A DNA stretch of 64,000 bases from an uncultured Bacteroidales bacterium (GCA_947589325.1 CANQAM010000007.1:21147-85146); one strand, 5' to 3'. Positions 30,070 through 39,359 are shown, counted from the stretch's first letter. A program made the numbers and translations. Notes: generated by a model from the letters alone, not told the origin.

Positions 30070-30777
30070 ATGATGAATCTCTTGCTTGCCATTTTGGCAG
30101 AAACGCCGCTGACCGAAGTTACTCTCGACACGCAGGTTGCGGCAGAATCTTCGCCCAGCCTTTGGGCGCTTTCGCTGAAAGGCGGTTTTATCATGATACC
30201 CCTGTTGCTGCTTTCGCTGCTGACCATTTATATTTTTGTGGAGCGAATGCTCGCTTTGCGGGCGGCGGCGAAAGAAGATGCTACGTTCATGCAGCGCATC
30301 AAAGACTATATCCACACCGGCGATATCGAGTCGGCACTGAATCTTTGTAAAAAAAATACCACGCCGGTAGCCCGCCTCATCGAGAAAGGCATCACGCGGC
30401 TGGGACGCCCGATGAACGATGTGCTGGTCGCTATCGAAAATGCCGGAAACATCGAAGTCGCCAAACTCGAACGCCGCTTTTCGTGGGTGGCGACCACCGC
30501 TGCCGGTGCGCCCATGCTCGGATTTCTGGGTACCGTGTTGGGCATGGTCAATGCCTTTTACAGCATGGCGTCTGCCGGCGAAGCCGCCGACATCACCACT
30601 CTGTCGAGCGGTATTTACGAAGCGTTGGTAACGACGGTGGCAGGTCTTATTGTCGGTATCATCGCCATGTTTGCCTACAACCTGTTGGTGTCGCGCGTCA
30701 GCTCGGTGGTCAATCAGCTCGAAGCGAGCACGATGGAGTTTATGGATTTGCTCAACGAACCGGCAGATAAGAAATAG
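30070..30777 (+). CDS. exbB: MotA/TolQ/ExbB proton-channel protein
   Basis: 235 aa, three TM segments, conserved C-terminal region (GAPMLGFLGTVLGM, TTVAGLIVGI). Confidence 0.9.
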   Translation: MMNLLLAILAETPLTEVTLDTQVAAESSPSLWALSLKGGFIMIPLLLLSLLTIYIFVERMLALRAAAKEDATFMQRIKDYIHTGDIESALNLCKKNTTPVARLIEKGITRLGRPMNDVLVAIENAGNIEVAKLERRFSWVATTAAGAPMLGFLGTVLGMVNAFYSMASAGEAADITTLSSGIYEALVTTVAGLIVGIIAMFAYNLLVSRVSSVVNQLEASTMEFMDLLNEPADKK

Positions 30778-30788
30778 GAGATACGTAT

Positions 30789-31202
30789 ATGGCTCTCAAA
30801 CGTAAAAATCGCATCGAAGCCTCGTTCAGTATGTCGTCCATGACCGACGTCATATTCCTGCTGCTCATCTTCTTCATGGTAACTTCGACGTTTGTTTTCC
30901 CGAACGCTATCAAGGTAAACCTGCCGCAAAGCAAGCAGCAGGCAGTGGTCAAACCGTTGGCGCGGGTTACCATAGACGCTTCGCTCCGCTGCTTCGTGTC
31001 GGTGGGCAAGGAAAAAGCCGTGCAGGTCGAGTACGACCAATTGGCATCGTATCTGCTTGCCGCCAAAGAACAAAATGCCGAAATGTATTTTGCTCTTTAT
31101 GCCGACGAGAGCGTGCCTTATCGTGAAATCATGCGGGTGCTCGATATTGCCAACACCAATCAGCTGCGTATGGTATTGGCTACCCAACCCGAGAAAAAAT
31201 AA
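30789..31202 (+). CDS. exbD: biopolymer transport protein ExbD/TolR
   Basis: 137 aa. SMTDVIFLLLIFFMV is the ExbD N-terminal TM signature. Confidence 0.9.
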   Translation: MALKRKNRIEASFSMSSMTDVIFLLLIFFMVTSTFVFPNAIKVNLPQSKQQAVVKPLARVTIDASLRCFVSVGKEKAVQVEYDQLASYLLAAKEQNAEMYFALYADESVPYREIMRVLDIANTNQLRMVLATQPEKK

Positions 31203-31213
31203 TTCCCAAAGGC

Positions 31214-31969
31214 GTGGACGATACGAAGAAAAACGACTTGTATGCGCTGGCGGTTACGATAGCCGTCCATGCGGCGCTGTTGTTGGTGTTGCTCTTTTGT
31301 ACGCTGGCGGCTCCCGTCATTCCCGACAGCGACGGGAGCGGCGTCGTGTTGCAGTTGGGAGTCATCGATGCCGATGCCGGTACGTTTACGCCGGCTCCGC
31401 CGCCTCCCGCGCCGGTAACGACTCCACAGCCCGAAGAAATGCTGACGCAGGACGTGGAAGAAACCGTTTCGCTCGACGACCAAACGGCGCAGAACGAACA
31501 GCCGCAAAGCGACACGACAACCCGTCCGACACCCGAGCCGGAAACTTCGCAACTCGACAATTTGTGGGCAAGTGCCCTGAGCAAAGGCAAGAGTGCGGAC
31601 GATGCGGCAGCGGTCGCCGGTGAGCAGAAAGGTTCGCCGCAAGGTACGGCGGCAAGCGGTGCCGCTGCAGGTTCGCCCGGATATGGCGATTACGATTTGG
31701 GTGGTCGCGGCCTGATAGGCCGTCTGCCCAAACCCGAATATGGCGCGACCAATGATGAAGGGACAATCGTCGTCAGCATATTGGTCGATGCCGCCGGACG
31801 GGTCGTGCAGGCAGTTGTTACTCCCTCCGGCAGTAAAGGCTCTGCTGCCTCCAACGCCGCGTTGCGCAGCCGTGCCGAAGAGGCTGCCCGTCGTGCCGTG
31901 TTCGAACGCAAGACTTCCGGCAGCGAAAACCAGTGGGGCACTATTACCTACTATTTCCGTCAAAAATAA
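31214..31969 (+). CDS. tonB: energy transducer TonB
   Basis: GTG start, one N-terminal TM, a Pro-rich spacer (TPAPPPPAPVTTPQPEE) and a C-terminal TonB domain (GTIVVSILVDAAGRV). Follows exbB-exbD. Confidence 0.85.
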   Translation: MDDTKKNDLYALAVTIAVHAALLLVLLFCTLAAPVIPDSDGSGVVLQLGVIDADAGTFTPAPPPPAPVTTPQPEEMLTQDVEETVSLDDQTAQNEQPQSDTTTRPTPEPETSQLDNLWASALSKGKSADDAAAVAGEQKGSPQGTAASGAAAGSPGYGDYDLGGRGLIGRLPKPEYGATNDEGTIVVSILVDAAGRVVQAVVTPSGSKGSAASNAALRSRAEEAARRAVFERKTSGSENQWGTITYYFRQK

Positions 31970-32003
31970 AATTCCTTTGCGATAGCGATAAACCCGATTC
32001 GAT

Positions 32004-33494
32004 ATGGACAGCGGAATACTTTTGTTGATTATCTTGGTGGCATATTTCGCCGTGCTGCTGCTCATCGGTCGCTTTTCGCGGGGAAAATCCGACGACAACA
32101 GCAACAGCAATTTTTTCTTGGCGGGAAAATCGTCGCCGTGGTGGTTGGTCGCTATCGGCATGGTGGGCACTTCCATTTCGGGGGTAACATTCGTCTCCGT
32201 GCCGGGTATACCGCTCACCATCGACATGACCTATATGCAGACGGTGCTCGGCTTTTTTGTCGGCTACATCGTGATAGCCAAATTGTTGCTGCCGCTCTAT
32301 TACCGGTTGAATCTGATTTCCATATACACCTATCTCGGAAAACGTTTCGGCAGCCGAGCCTACAAGACGGGCGCCGCATTCTTCATCATTTCCAAAATCA
32401 TAGGAGCTGCCGCCCGTCTTTATATCGTGGTGCTGATACTGCAAAGCATCGTGCTGGCAGGGTGGAACGTTCCGTTCTGGCTTACCGCCTCGACGGTGGT
32501 GCTGCTCATCTGGCTCTATTCGCGTCGCAGCGGAATGCGCACGATTGTACGCACGGACGCGCTGCAAACGCTCTTCATGGTCGGCGCCCTCGTTCTTATC
32601 CTCGTACAGGTTACAGCACGTATGCACCTGAATGTGTCCGATGCCGTCGATATGGTGCGGCAAAGCGGGTACGACAGGATTTTCGTCTTCGACGACTGGC
32701 GTTCGACGCAAAATTTTTTCAAACAGTTTTTCAGCGGCATATTCATTACGATTGTCATGTCGGGACTCGACCAAGACATCATGCAGAAAAACCTCTCTAT
32801 CCGCTCGCTGCGGGAAGCGCAGAAAAACATGTATATATATGGTGCGGCGTTCATTCCCGTCAATCTGCTGTTTCTGGTGCTGGGCATTCTGCTGATTGTT
32901 TTTGCCGGACAGGAGGACATCGCCATTCCGGCGAAGACCGACGAACTCCTGCCGATGATAGCTACCGGCTATTTGGGATTCGGGGTTTTGCTGCTGTTCA
33001 GTATCGGCATCGTGGCGGCTGCGTTTTCGAGTGCCGACTCGGCGCTTACCGCCCTGACGACTTCCGTGTGCGTCGATATGCTCGACATCGGCCGGTGGAG
33101 CGGGAAAAGGGCGGTGCAGGTGCGCAAAGGCGTGCATATAGCCGTCTGCATACTGTTCGTATGTATCATGTGCGTTATCGAGATGCTCAACGATACGAGC
33201 GTCATCGATGCCATTTACACGATTGCCGGCTACACCTATGGTCCGCTGCTCGGACTGTTTGCCTACGGACTTTTCATGCGGGGCATTCCGCGCGACCGTT
33301 ATATTCCTTTTGTGGCTGTGCTTTCGCCGCTCCTGTGTTACGCCTTGCAGTCGTGGCTCACGGCGGCATACGATTACCGGCTCGGATACGAACTTCTGAT
33401 ACTCAACGGATTGATAACATTCGCCGGCTTGATGCTGCTCTCTGTCGGGCATTCCCGAAAACCGGAATCGTGCAGAAGAAACGGCTATTCTTAA
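32004..33494 (+). CDS. sodium:solute symporter (SSS) family transporter
   Basis: 496 aa, about 13 TM segments. N-terminal LIILVAYFAVLLLIG..FFLAG pattern of the SSS family. Confidence 0.85.
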   Translation: MDSGILLLIILVAYFAVLLLIGRFSRGKSDDNSNSNFFLAGKSSPWWLVAIGMVGTSISGVTFVSVPGIPLTIDMTYMQTVLGFFVGYIVIAKLLLPLYYRLNLISIYTYLGKRFGSRAYKTGAAFFIISKIIGAAARLYIVVLILQSIVLAGWNVPFWLTASTVVLLIWLYSRRSGMRTIVRTDALQTLFMVGALVLILVQVTARMHLNVSDAVDMVRQSGYDRIFVFDDWRSTQNFFKQFFSGIFITIVMSGLDQDIMQKNLSIRSLREAQKNMYIYGAAFIPVNLLFLVLGILLIVFAGQEDIAIPAKTDELLPMIATGYLGFGVLLLFSIGIVAAAFSSADSALTALTTSVCVDMLDIGRWSGKRAVQVRKGVHIAVCILFVCIMCVIEMLNDTSVIDAIYTIAGYTYGPLLGLFAYGLFMRGIPRDRYIPFVAVLSPLLCYALQSWLTAAYDYRLGYELLILNGLITFAGLMLLSVGHSRKPESCRRNGYS

Positions 33495-33623
33495 TAAAAT
33501 ATTCGTAATCAATATTTTATATAAAAAAATATCGGTGGGGTTTTCTCCATTGAAAATTTTTTGTTCGGGGCGTTATAATTGCAAAAAAATTGTTACCTTG
33601 CGCAAATATTCAAATTTTACGAT

Positions 33624-34472
33624 ATGATACTGATAGCCGATAGCGGTTCGTCCAAGACCGAGTGGGCGCTCATCGATAAGAACGGTATCGTGCGCACGTT
33701 TCGCACGTCGGGGCTTAATCCCTATTTTCTGAGTGAAGAGGAAATCCGCCATATCCTCAAACGGGAAGTGTTGGTGGAGCTGCCCATCGAATGTATAACG
33801 GAAGTCTATTTCTACGGCGCCGGCTGCACGGGTGCGCACAATACGCAGAATCTTTGCGTGCAGCTGCATCGCGTCGTCGGACCCGACACGGTGGAGGTCG
33901 ATAGCGACTTGATGGGCGCGGCGCGAGCGTTGTGCGGCGAGGAGCAGGGTATAGTCTGCATTCTCGGTACAGGCTCCAATTCAGGCGTGTACGACGGCAG
34001 GACAATCGTTTCGCAAGTCCCTTCGCTGGGATTCATCTTGGGCGATGAGGGCAGCGGGAGCGACTTGGGAAAAAATTTGCTGGCAGATGCCTTGAAAGGA
34101 CTTTTGCCCGATGAAATAGCCGACGCCTTTTTTTCGCGCTATCACCTGTCGCGCGACAATGTGTTGGAGGCGATATACCGCCGGCCGCTGCCGAATCGCT
34201 ATATCGCGCAATTTTCCTATTTTGTGAAAGAACACCTCGACAACGATTATGTCCGCACGTTGGCGACAAGACGGTTTGAAGCCTTTTTCCGCCGGAACAT
34301 ACTCGGCTATCCCGTTGCCGAAATGCCCGTACATTTCATCGGTTCGGTCGCCTACCATTACAGCGAGCTGTTGCAGGAGGTGGCAGCCGGTTTGTCGATA
34401 AACATGGGACGTATATTGCTTTCGCCGATGGAAGGGTTGGCGCGCTATCATTCCGAGCGTATCGCAGAGTGA
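33624..34472 (+). CDS. BadF/BadG/BcrA/BcrD-type sugar kinase (GlcNAc/MurNAc kinase-like)
   Basis: Start at ATG 33624 gives MILIADSGSSKTEWALI (ASKHA phosphate-1 motif). ILGTGSN and GFILGDEGSG motifs. Confidence 0.75.
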   Translation: MILIADSGSSKTEWALIDKNGIVRTFRTSGLNPYFLSEEEIRHILKREVLVELPIECITEVYFYGAGCTGAHNTQNLCVQLHRVVGPDTVEVDSDLMGAARALCGEEQGIVCILGTGSNSGVYDGRTIVSQVPSLGFILGDEGSGSDLGKNLLADALKGLLPDEIADAFFSRYHLSRDNVLEAIYRRPLPNRYIAQFSYFVKEHLDNDYVRTLATRRFEAFFRRNILGYPVAEMPVHFIGSVAYHYSELLQEVAAGLSINMGRILLSPMEGLARYHSERIAE

Positions 34473-34482
34473 TGTATTCTTT

Positions 34483-35325
34483 ATGTCAGGATTCCGAAAA
34501 ATAACAGAAACGCCCTCGCCGTACCGGCACCTCGAAACGATGCCGGTGCGCGAATTGCTTGCCGGCATCAATGCCGAAGACCGTAAGGTCGCCGATGCCG
34601 TGTCGCAAGCCATACCCCGTATTGCCGAGTTGGTGGAGCGGTTGGTTCCCCGTATGCGACAGGGCGGACGCCTCTTTTACATAGGCGCCGGCACGAGCGG
34701 ACGGTTGGGCGTGCTCGATGCTTCGGAGATACCGCCCACTTACGGAATGCCGCAAGGAGTAGTCGTCGGATTGATAGCCGGCGGCGAAGCCGCCTTGCGT
34801 TGTTCCGTCGAGAGAGCCGAAGATGCCGAAGATGCCGGTTGGCAGGAACTTTTAGCCCACGACCTTTCGCCGCTCGATACGGTCGTGGGAATTGCCGCAT
34901 CGGGCACGACGCCCTATGTCATCGGGGCGTTGAGGCGCTGTCGGGACGCCGGAATACTGACAGCGTCGATTACCTGCAATCCCGATTCGCTGGTGGCGCA
35001 GGCTGCCGATATTCCTATCGAGGTGATTACCGGCGCCGAGTTCGTAACCGGCAGCACCCGCATGAAAGCCGGTACGGCGCAGAAAATGGTGCTCAACATG
35101 ATTTCCACCGCCACGATGATAGGATTGGGGCGCGTCGTCGATAACCGTATGGTGCACATGCAGCTCGCCAACGAAAAACTGTTGGACCGGGGCACGCGCA
35201 TGATTATGGATTCTACGGGGCTGCCGTATGAAACGGCTCGGAAGAAATTGCAGGAATACGGTTCGGTAAGTCGGGCGATAACCGCGTGGGAGAAAGGCAA
35301 TATCCCAACGCACGATGAAACATGA
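34483..35325 (+). CDS. murQ: N-acetylmuramic acid 6-phosphate etherase
   Basis: 280 aa SIS-domain protein with GAGTSGRLGVLDASE, IAASGTTPYV and TGSTRMKAGTAQK. Confidence 0.92.
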   Translation: MSGFRKITETPSPYRHLETMPVRELLAGINAEDRKVADAVSQAIPRIAELVERLVPRMRQGGRLFYIGAGTSGRLGVLDASEIPPTYGMPQGVVVGLIAGGEAALRCSVERAEDAEDAGWQELLAHDLSPLDTVVGIAASGTTPYVIGALRRCRDAGILTASITCNPDSLVAQAADIPIEVITGAEFVTGSTRMKAGTAQKMVLNMISTATMIGLGRVVDNRMVHMQLANEKLLDRGTRMIMDSTGLPYETARKKLQEYGSVSRAITAWEKGNIPTHDET

Positions 35326-35477
35326 GTTATAAACTGTGAGTATCTCGGATATAAAAATATAAAATCTGACCTTTTCTATTAAAAAAAATAAAAATATAAT
35401 CTTTTTCAGAACTATTTACCGATTCGGCGGTTCTTTATAAATAAACTTTAATTAAAGGAGGTGGAGCCGATAGTTTG

Positions 35478-35984
35478 ATGGAAGAACAGGAAATGATTGA
35501 TTATTTGCTTGCCAATCGAAAGGAAATGTATAAATGGGCATATCGTTTGACGCAGAATTACGATGATGCGCAGGATTTGTTGCAATCGACTTCGCTGAAA
35601 GCGCTCGGCAGCTATAAGACCTATACCGAAGCGAAAAATATTTCGGGGTGGCTCTATACCATTATGCGCAATTTGTTTCTCAATCAGAGTCTGCATGTTT
35701 GTCGGAACTGCTGCATGGAGCCGGACGAGTTGAACAGGATAAGGAGCAGCATGGAAGATGCCTCTGTAAAAACGCATTACGACACCTGCTGCGATATGTA
35801 CGATATACGGTGTGCCGTCGATGCGCTTGACAAGGAATATAAAATTCCGTTCAAACTCTATTTGTCGGGCTACAAATATCAGGAAATTTCCGAAAAGATA
35901 GGTATTCCGTTGGGCACGGTGAAAAGTCGCATACACCTTTGTCGCCAACAGTTGCAGGTCGCTTTGAAAGATTTTCGCGAATAG
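35478..35984 (+). CDS. sigma-70 family RNA polymerase sigma factor (ECF-like), orphan, Cys-rich linker
   Basis: Region 2 (DDAQDLLQSTSLKAL, WLYTIMRNLFLNQ) and region 4 HTH (YQEISEKIGIPLGTVKSRI). AGGAGGTG lies 11-14 nt upstream of the TTG 35475 / ATG 35478 starts. Confidence 0.8.
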   Translation: MEEQEMIDYLLANRKEMYKWAYRLTQNYDDAQDLLQSTSLKALGSYKTYTEAKNISGWLYTIMRNLFLNQSLHVCRNCCMEPDELNRIRSSMEDASVKTHYDTCCDMYDIRCAVDALDKEYKIPFKLYLSGYKYQEISEKIGIPLGTVKSRIHLCRQQLQVALKDFRE

Positions 35985-36086
35985 CTTTCGAAATGGAATT
36001 TGGCGTCGTAGCGGCAGGCATTTCGAGAAAAAGAAAAATAGTTGAAAAAATTTTGAGGGAAAACGGTTCAACCCGATAAAAGTCTG

Positions 36087-36094
36087 TATTTTTG
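36087..36094 (+). promoter_or_regulatory. -7 promoter box (TATTTTTG) for murF
   Basis: Exact TAnnTTTG, 21 nt upstream of ATG 36115. It is embedded in the left arm of a 12-bp inverted repeat (36082-36113). Confidence 0.5.
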
Positions 36095-36114
36095 CGCCGG
36101 TAAAAATACAGACG

Positions 36115-37410
36115 ATGACAACGATAGAATCACTGTACGATATTTACAAACGCTGCACGGTCGTAACGACCGACAGCCGGAACTGCCCGCAAGGCTCGCT
36201 GTTTTTCGCCCTGCGGGGAGCGACGTTCGACGGCAACCGCTTTGCCGCGCAGGCGCTTGACGCCGGTTCGGCATACGCCGTAGTCGATGATGCTTCGGTT
36301 GTGAAAGACGACCGCTACCTCTTGGTCGATAACGTCTTGCGCGCATTGCAGGAACTGGCGCGTTTTCATCGGCGCACGTTGGGTTTGCCCGTCATCGCCA
36401 TTACCGGCACCAACGGCAAGACCACCACGAAAGAACTTACTGCCGCCTGCCTTGCCACCACCTACGACATACTGGCGACGGAAGGAAATTTGAACAACGC
36501 TATCGGAGTGCCCCTTACGCTGTTGCGCCTCCGTGCGTCGCACCGCATTGCCGTCGTGGAGATGGGCGCCAGCCACCCGGGCGACATTCGGGAGCTTGTC
36601 GATATTGCCGAACCCGATTACGGCATCATCACCAACGTAGGCAAAGCCCATTTGCAGGGATTCGGCTCTTTCGAGGGCGTGGTGGCTACCAAGTGCGAAC
36701 TTTACGATTTTCTCCGCCGTCGGGGCGGAAAAGTGTTTTTGCACGGCGAGAATGCGCATCTGTCTGCCCGGGTGCAGGGGTTGGAAACGATTACGTATGG
36801 AACGACGGAGGGACAGTTCGTTTCCGGCCGGCTCACAGCGTGCTCGCCTTACCTCTCATTCACTTTCACCCACGATGGACACACTTCCGCCGTCGATACG
36901 CACCTTATCGGCGGATATAACCTTTACAATGCCCTTGCTGCTGCAACCATTGCGCTGTATTTCGGCGTACCGCAGGAGAAAATCGCGGCGGCTGTTGCAG
37001 CCTATGAACCGCAGAATCGCCGCTCGCAGCTGATGAAGACCGCCCGCAACACGCTGATAGTCGATGCCTACAATGCCAATCCCACGAGTATGACGGCAGC
37101 CCTCGACAATTTCTTTGCCATGACGCTGCCGCACAAAGTCGTGATTTTGGGCGATATGGGCGAACTGGGCGCCGACAGTAGGGAGGAGCATCGGAAAATC
37201 GTTGCACGGCTGCGCGATGTCCGCGATGTCCGTGATGTGCGCGTGCTGTTGGCGGGAAAAGAATTTTCGGCGGCGGGCGAGGCGTTCACCTGTTTCCCCG
37301 ATACCGATGCGCTGGTGGCATACCTGCAAGCCAATCCCCTTTCCGACAGCACCGTATTGATAAAGGGTTCGCGCAGTATGCAGCTCGAAAAATGCTTGAA
37401 TTGTCTATAA
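36115..37410 (+). CDS. murF: UDP-N-acetylmuramoyl-tripeptide--D-alanyl-D-alanine ligase
   Basis: 431 aa with P-loop ITGTNGKTTTKE and overall Mur-ligase layout. Confidence 0.93.
   Translation: MTTIESLYDIYKRCTVVTTDSRNCPQGSLFFALRGATFDGNRFAAQALDAGSAYAVVDDASVVKDDRYLLVDNVLRALQELARFHRRTLGLPVIAITGTNGKTTTKELTAACLATTYDILATEGNLNNAIGVPLTLLRLRASHRIAVVEMGASHPGDIRELVDIAEPDYGIITNVGKAHLQGFGSFEGVVATKCELYDFLRRRGGKVFLHGENAHLSARVQGLETITYGTTEGQFVSGRLTACSPYLSFTFTHDGHTSAVDTHLIGGYNLYNALAAATIALYFGVPQEKIAAAVAAYEPQNRRSQLMKTARNTLIVDAYNANPTSMTAALDNFFAMTLPHKVVILGDMGELGADSREEHRKIVARLRDVRDVRDVRVLLAGKEFSAAGEAFTCFPDTDALVAYLQANPLSDSTVLIKGSRSMQLEKCLNCL
37213..37239 (+). repeat. in-frame 9-bp tandem repeat x3 inside murF (RDV RDV RDV)
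   Basis: CGCGATGTC CGCGATGTC CGTGATGTG. Confidence 0.9.
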
Positions 37411-37422
37411 AAACTTTATACG

Positions 37423-38601
37423 ATGTATAGCGAAATGTTCAAACCGGAATCGGAATTGCGCCGGCAGAAAATACAGACTGCCTTGCGGAATGCAAAAGCC
37501 GATGCCCTGTTGTTGGTCGATAATGCCGACCTTTACTATGTTGCCGGACGGGTATTCTGCGGCTATGCCTACATACCGGTCGAAGGCGAAATGCTCTGCT
37601 TCGTGCGGCGTCCGGTGGGACTGAAAGGCGACAATGTCATCTATATCCGCAAACCGGAACAAATCGCCGAAGAGCTGCGCTCGCGCGGCGTGGCTATGCC
37701 GTCGTGCCTCCTGCTCGAAGGCGATACGCTCTCTTTCAACGAGTACAACCGTTTGGCGGCAATCTTTCCCGACAGCAAGGTTTCGGGCGAAGGTACGGCG
37801 CTTATCCGGCAGGTGCGCGCCGTGAAGACTCCGTATGAAATAGCCAAAATCCGGCAGTCGGCAGCCATGCACGATACGATGTACCGGCGCATACCGAAAT
37901 ATTATGTCGAAGGCATGACCGATATAGAATTTGCCATAGAGCTCGAACATGCGGCGCGCCAGCACGGTTCGCTGGGTATTTTCCGCATCTTCGGGCATAA
38001 CATGGAAATATATATGGGAAACGTGCTGGTGGGTGAGAATGCCGACAACCCTTCGCCCTACGATTTTGCCATGGGCGGAGCCGGTCTCGACACCTCGCTG
38101 CCGGTGAGCTGCAACGGCACGGCGATACGTCGCGGACAAACGGTTATGGTCGATATGAACGGCAATTTCACCGGATATATGTCCGACCTTTCCCGCGTGT
38201 TTTCGGTGGGCAGTGTTCCCGACAAGGCACGGCGGGTGCACGGCGTTTCGATACGCATACAGGAGGCTGTTGCCGCGATGGCGCGTCCGGGCGTGGCGGC
38301 TGCCGACCTGTACCATTGCGCTGCCGAAATAGCCAAAGAGGAGCACGTGGAAGAGTATTTCATGGGACATCGTCAGAAAGCCGGATTCATCGGGCACGGC
38401 GTGGGCATCGAAGTAAACGAGCTGCCCGTGATTGCCCCGCGTTCGCGCGACGTGCTGCAAGAGGGCATGGTTATAGCTTTGGAACCGAAATTCGTGCTGC
38501 CCGAAATCGGTGCGGTGGGCGTGGAAAACACCTTCCTCGTAACCGCAGACGGCATGGAGAAACTTACGACCTGCACCGAAGATATTGTCCGGCTCGATTG
38601 A
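37423..38601 (+). CDS. M24-family Xaa-Pro aminopeptidase
   Basis: 392 aa with pita-bread fold motifs (VMVDMNGNF, HGVGIEVNELP, ALEPKF..GAVGVENTF). Confidence 0.88.
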   Translation: MYSEMFKPESELRRQKIQTALRNAKADALLLVDNADLYYVAGRVFCGYAYIPVEGEMLCFVRRPVGLKGDNVIYIRKPEQIAEELRSRGVAMPSCLLLEGDTLSFNEYNRLAAIFPDSKVSGEGTALIRQVRAVKTPYEIAKIRQSAAMHDTMYRRIPKYYVEGMTDIEFAIELEHAARQHGSLGIFRIFGHNMEIYMGNVLVGENADNPSPYDFAMGGAGLDTSLPVSCNGTAIRRGQTVMVDMNGNFTGYMSDLSRVFSVGSVPDKARRVHGVSIRIQEAVAAMARPGVAAADLYHCAAEIAKEEHVEEYFMGHRQKAGFIGHGVGIEVNELPVIAPRSRDVLQEGMVIALEPKFVLPEIGAVGVENTFLVTADGMEKLTTCTEDIVRLD

Positions 38602-38630
38602 TGCCGGCGGGCTTTCTCCGATAAAAACAA

Positions 38631-38660
38631 AAAGAGGCGAACAACAATGTTCGCCTCTTT
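38631..38660. terminator. bidirectional intrinsic terminator between the M24 peptidase (+) and rplT (-)
   Basis: Perfect 12-bp stem AAAGAGGCGAAC / GTTCGCCTCTTT with a 6-nt loop and A/T runs on both sides. Confidence 0.8.
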
Positions 38661-38684
38661 TTTGTCCGTTTCCGAACGTATCGT

Positions 38685-39035
38685 TTAAGCGTTCTTGGCT
38701 TGGAGTACGATGGCGCGGAATGCTTCGGGATTGTTCATCGCCAAATCGGCAAGAACTTTCCGGTTGATTTCGATGCCTGCTTTGTGGAGCGCACCCATGA
38801 GTTTCGAGTAGGAGAATCCTTCGAGACGGGCGGCAGCGTTGATACGCTGAATCCACAGGGCGCGGAAATTGCGTTTTTTCGCTTTCCGGTCGCGGTAAGC
38901 ATAGGTCAGACCTTTTTCCCAAGTGTTTTTGGCAACAGTCCAGACATTTTTACGGGCACCGATGTAACCGCGTGTAAGTTTCAGAATTTTTTTTCTTCTT
39001 GCTCTTGAAGCAACGTGATTGACTGATCTTGGCAT
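38685..39035 (-). CDS. rplT: 50S ribosomal protein L20
   Basis: [24 protein letters not shown]. Confidence 0.97.
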   Translation of the reverse strand: MPRSVNHVASRARRKKILKLTRGYIGARKNVWTVAKNTWEKGLTYAYRDRKAKKRNFRALWIQRINAAARLEGFSYSKLMGALHKAGIEINRKVLADLAMNNPEAFRAIVLQAKNA

Positions 39036-39161
39036 AATTTTTTCTTTTTTGAATGTTAGCGTCTTCTTCGGAAGAACTTCGGGCTAAATCATTCGGTTAA
39101 TACTGCTTTTGTTGGAAAATCGCTTTTTTACGAATCCGAAAAAATAAGAGTGATGACGCGC

Positions 39162-39359
39162 TTATCTCAGTGCCAGTAAGGCTCTTACGTTTTTCTTATC
39201 GGCACGGTCGATAAGAGCGAAGTGCGTCAGGTTTCTTTTTTGTTTTTTCGTTTTCTTCGTCAGGATATGACTTTTGAAAGCGTGTTTTCTTTTGATTTTT
39301 CCTGTTCCGGTAAGGGCGAACCTCTTTTTGGCACCGGAATTAGTTTTCATCTTCGGCAT
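39162..39359 (-). CDS. rpmI: 50S ribosomal protein L35
   Basis: [14 protein letters not shown], 65 aa. Confidence 0.96.
   Translation of the reverse strand: MPKMKTNSGAKKRFALTGTGKIKRKHAFKSHILTKKTKKQKRNLTHFALIDRADKKNVRALLALR

Noticed and set aside
35993-36079. A 28-aa ORF, MEFGVVAAGISRKRKIVEKILRENGSTR, directly downstream of the orphan sigma factor. I considered it as a mini anti-sigma.
   Set aside because: It is too short and has no anti-sigma domain signature or real transmembrane segment. It cannot be supported from sequence alone, so I mention it only as something to check with ribosome profiling.
36082-36113. A perfect 12-bp inverted repeat, GTCTGTATTTTT-N8-AAAAATACAGAC, ending 1 nt before the murF ATG. 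I considered it as a translational-control hairpin.
   Set aside because: The murF -7 box (36087-36094) lies inside the left arm. A transcript started from it would therefore lack that arm and could not form the hairpin. More likely this is a U-tract-less terminator or insulator for the upstream sigma gene, or a DNA-level palindrome.
39036-39161. The 126-nt rpmI-rplT spacer. I examined it for an L20 autoregulatory rRNA-mimic structure.
   Set aside because: Only weak AU-rich hairpins and one 5-6-bp stem with a tetraloop can be drawn. I could not support a pseudoknot or similarity to the L20 binding site by eye. Known L20 leaders lie upstream of infC or rpmI, not here.
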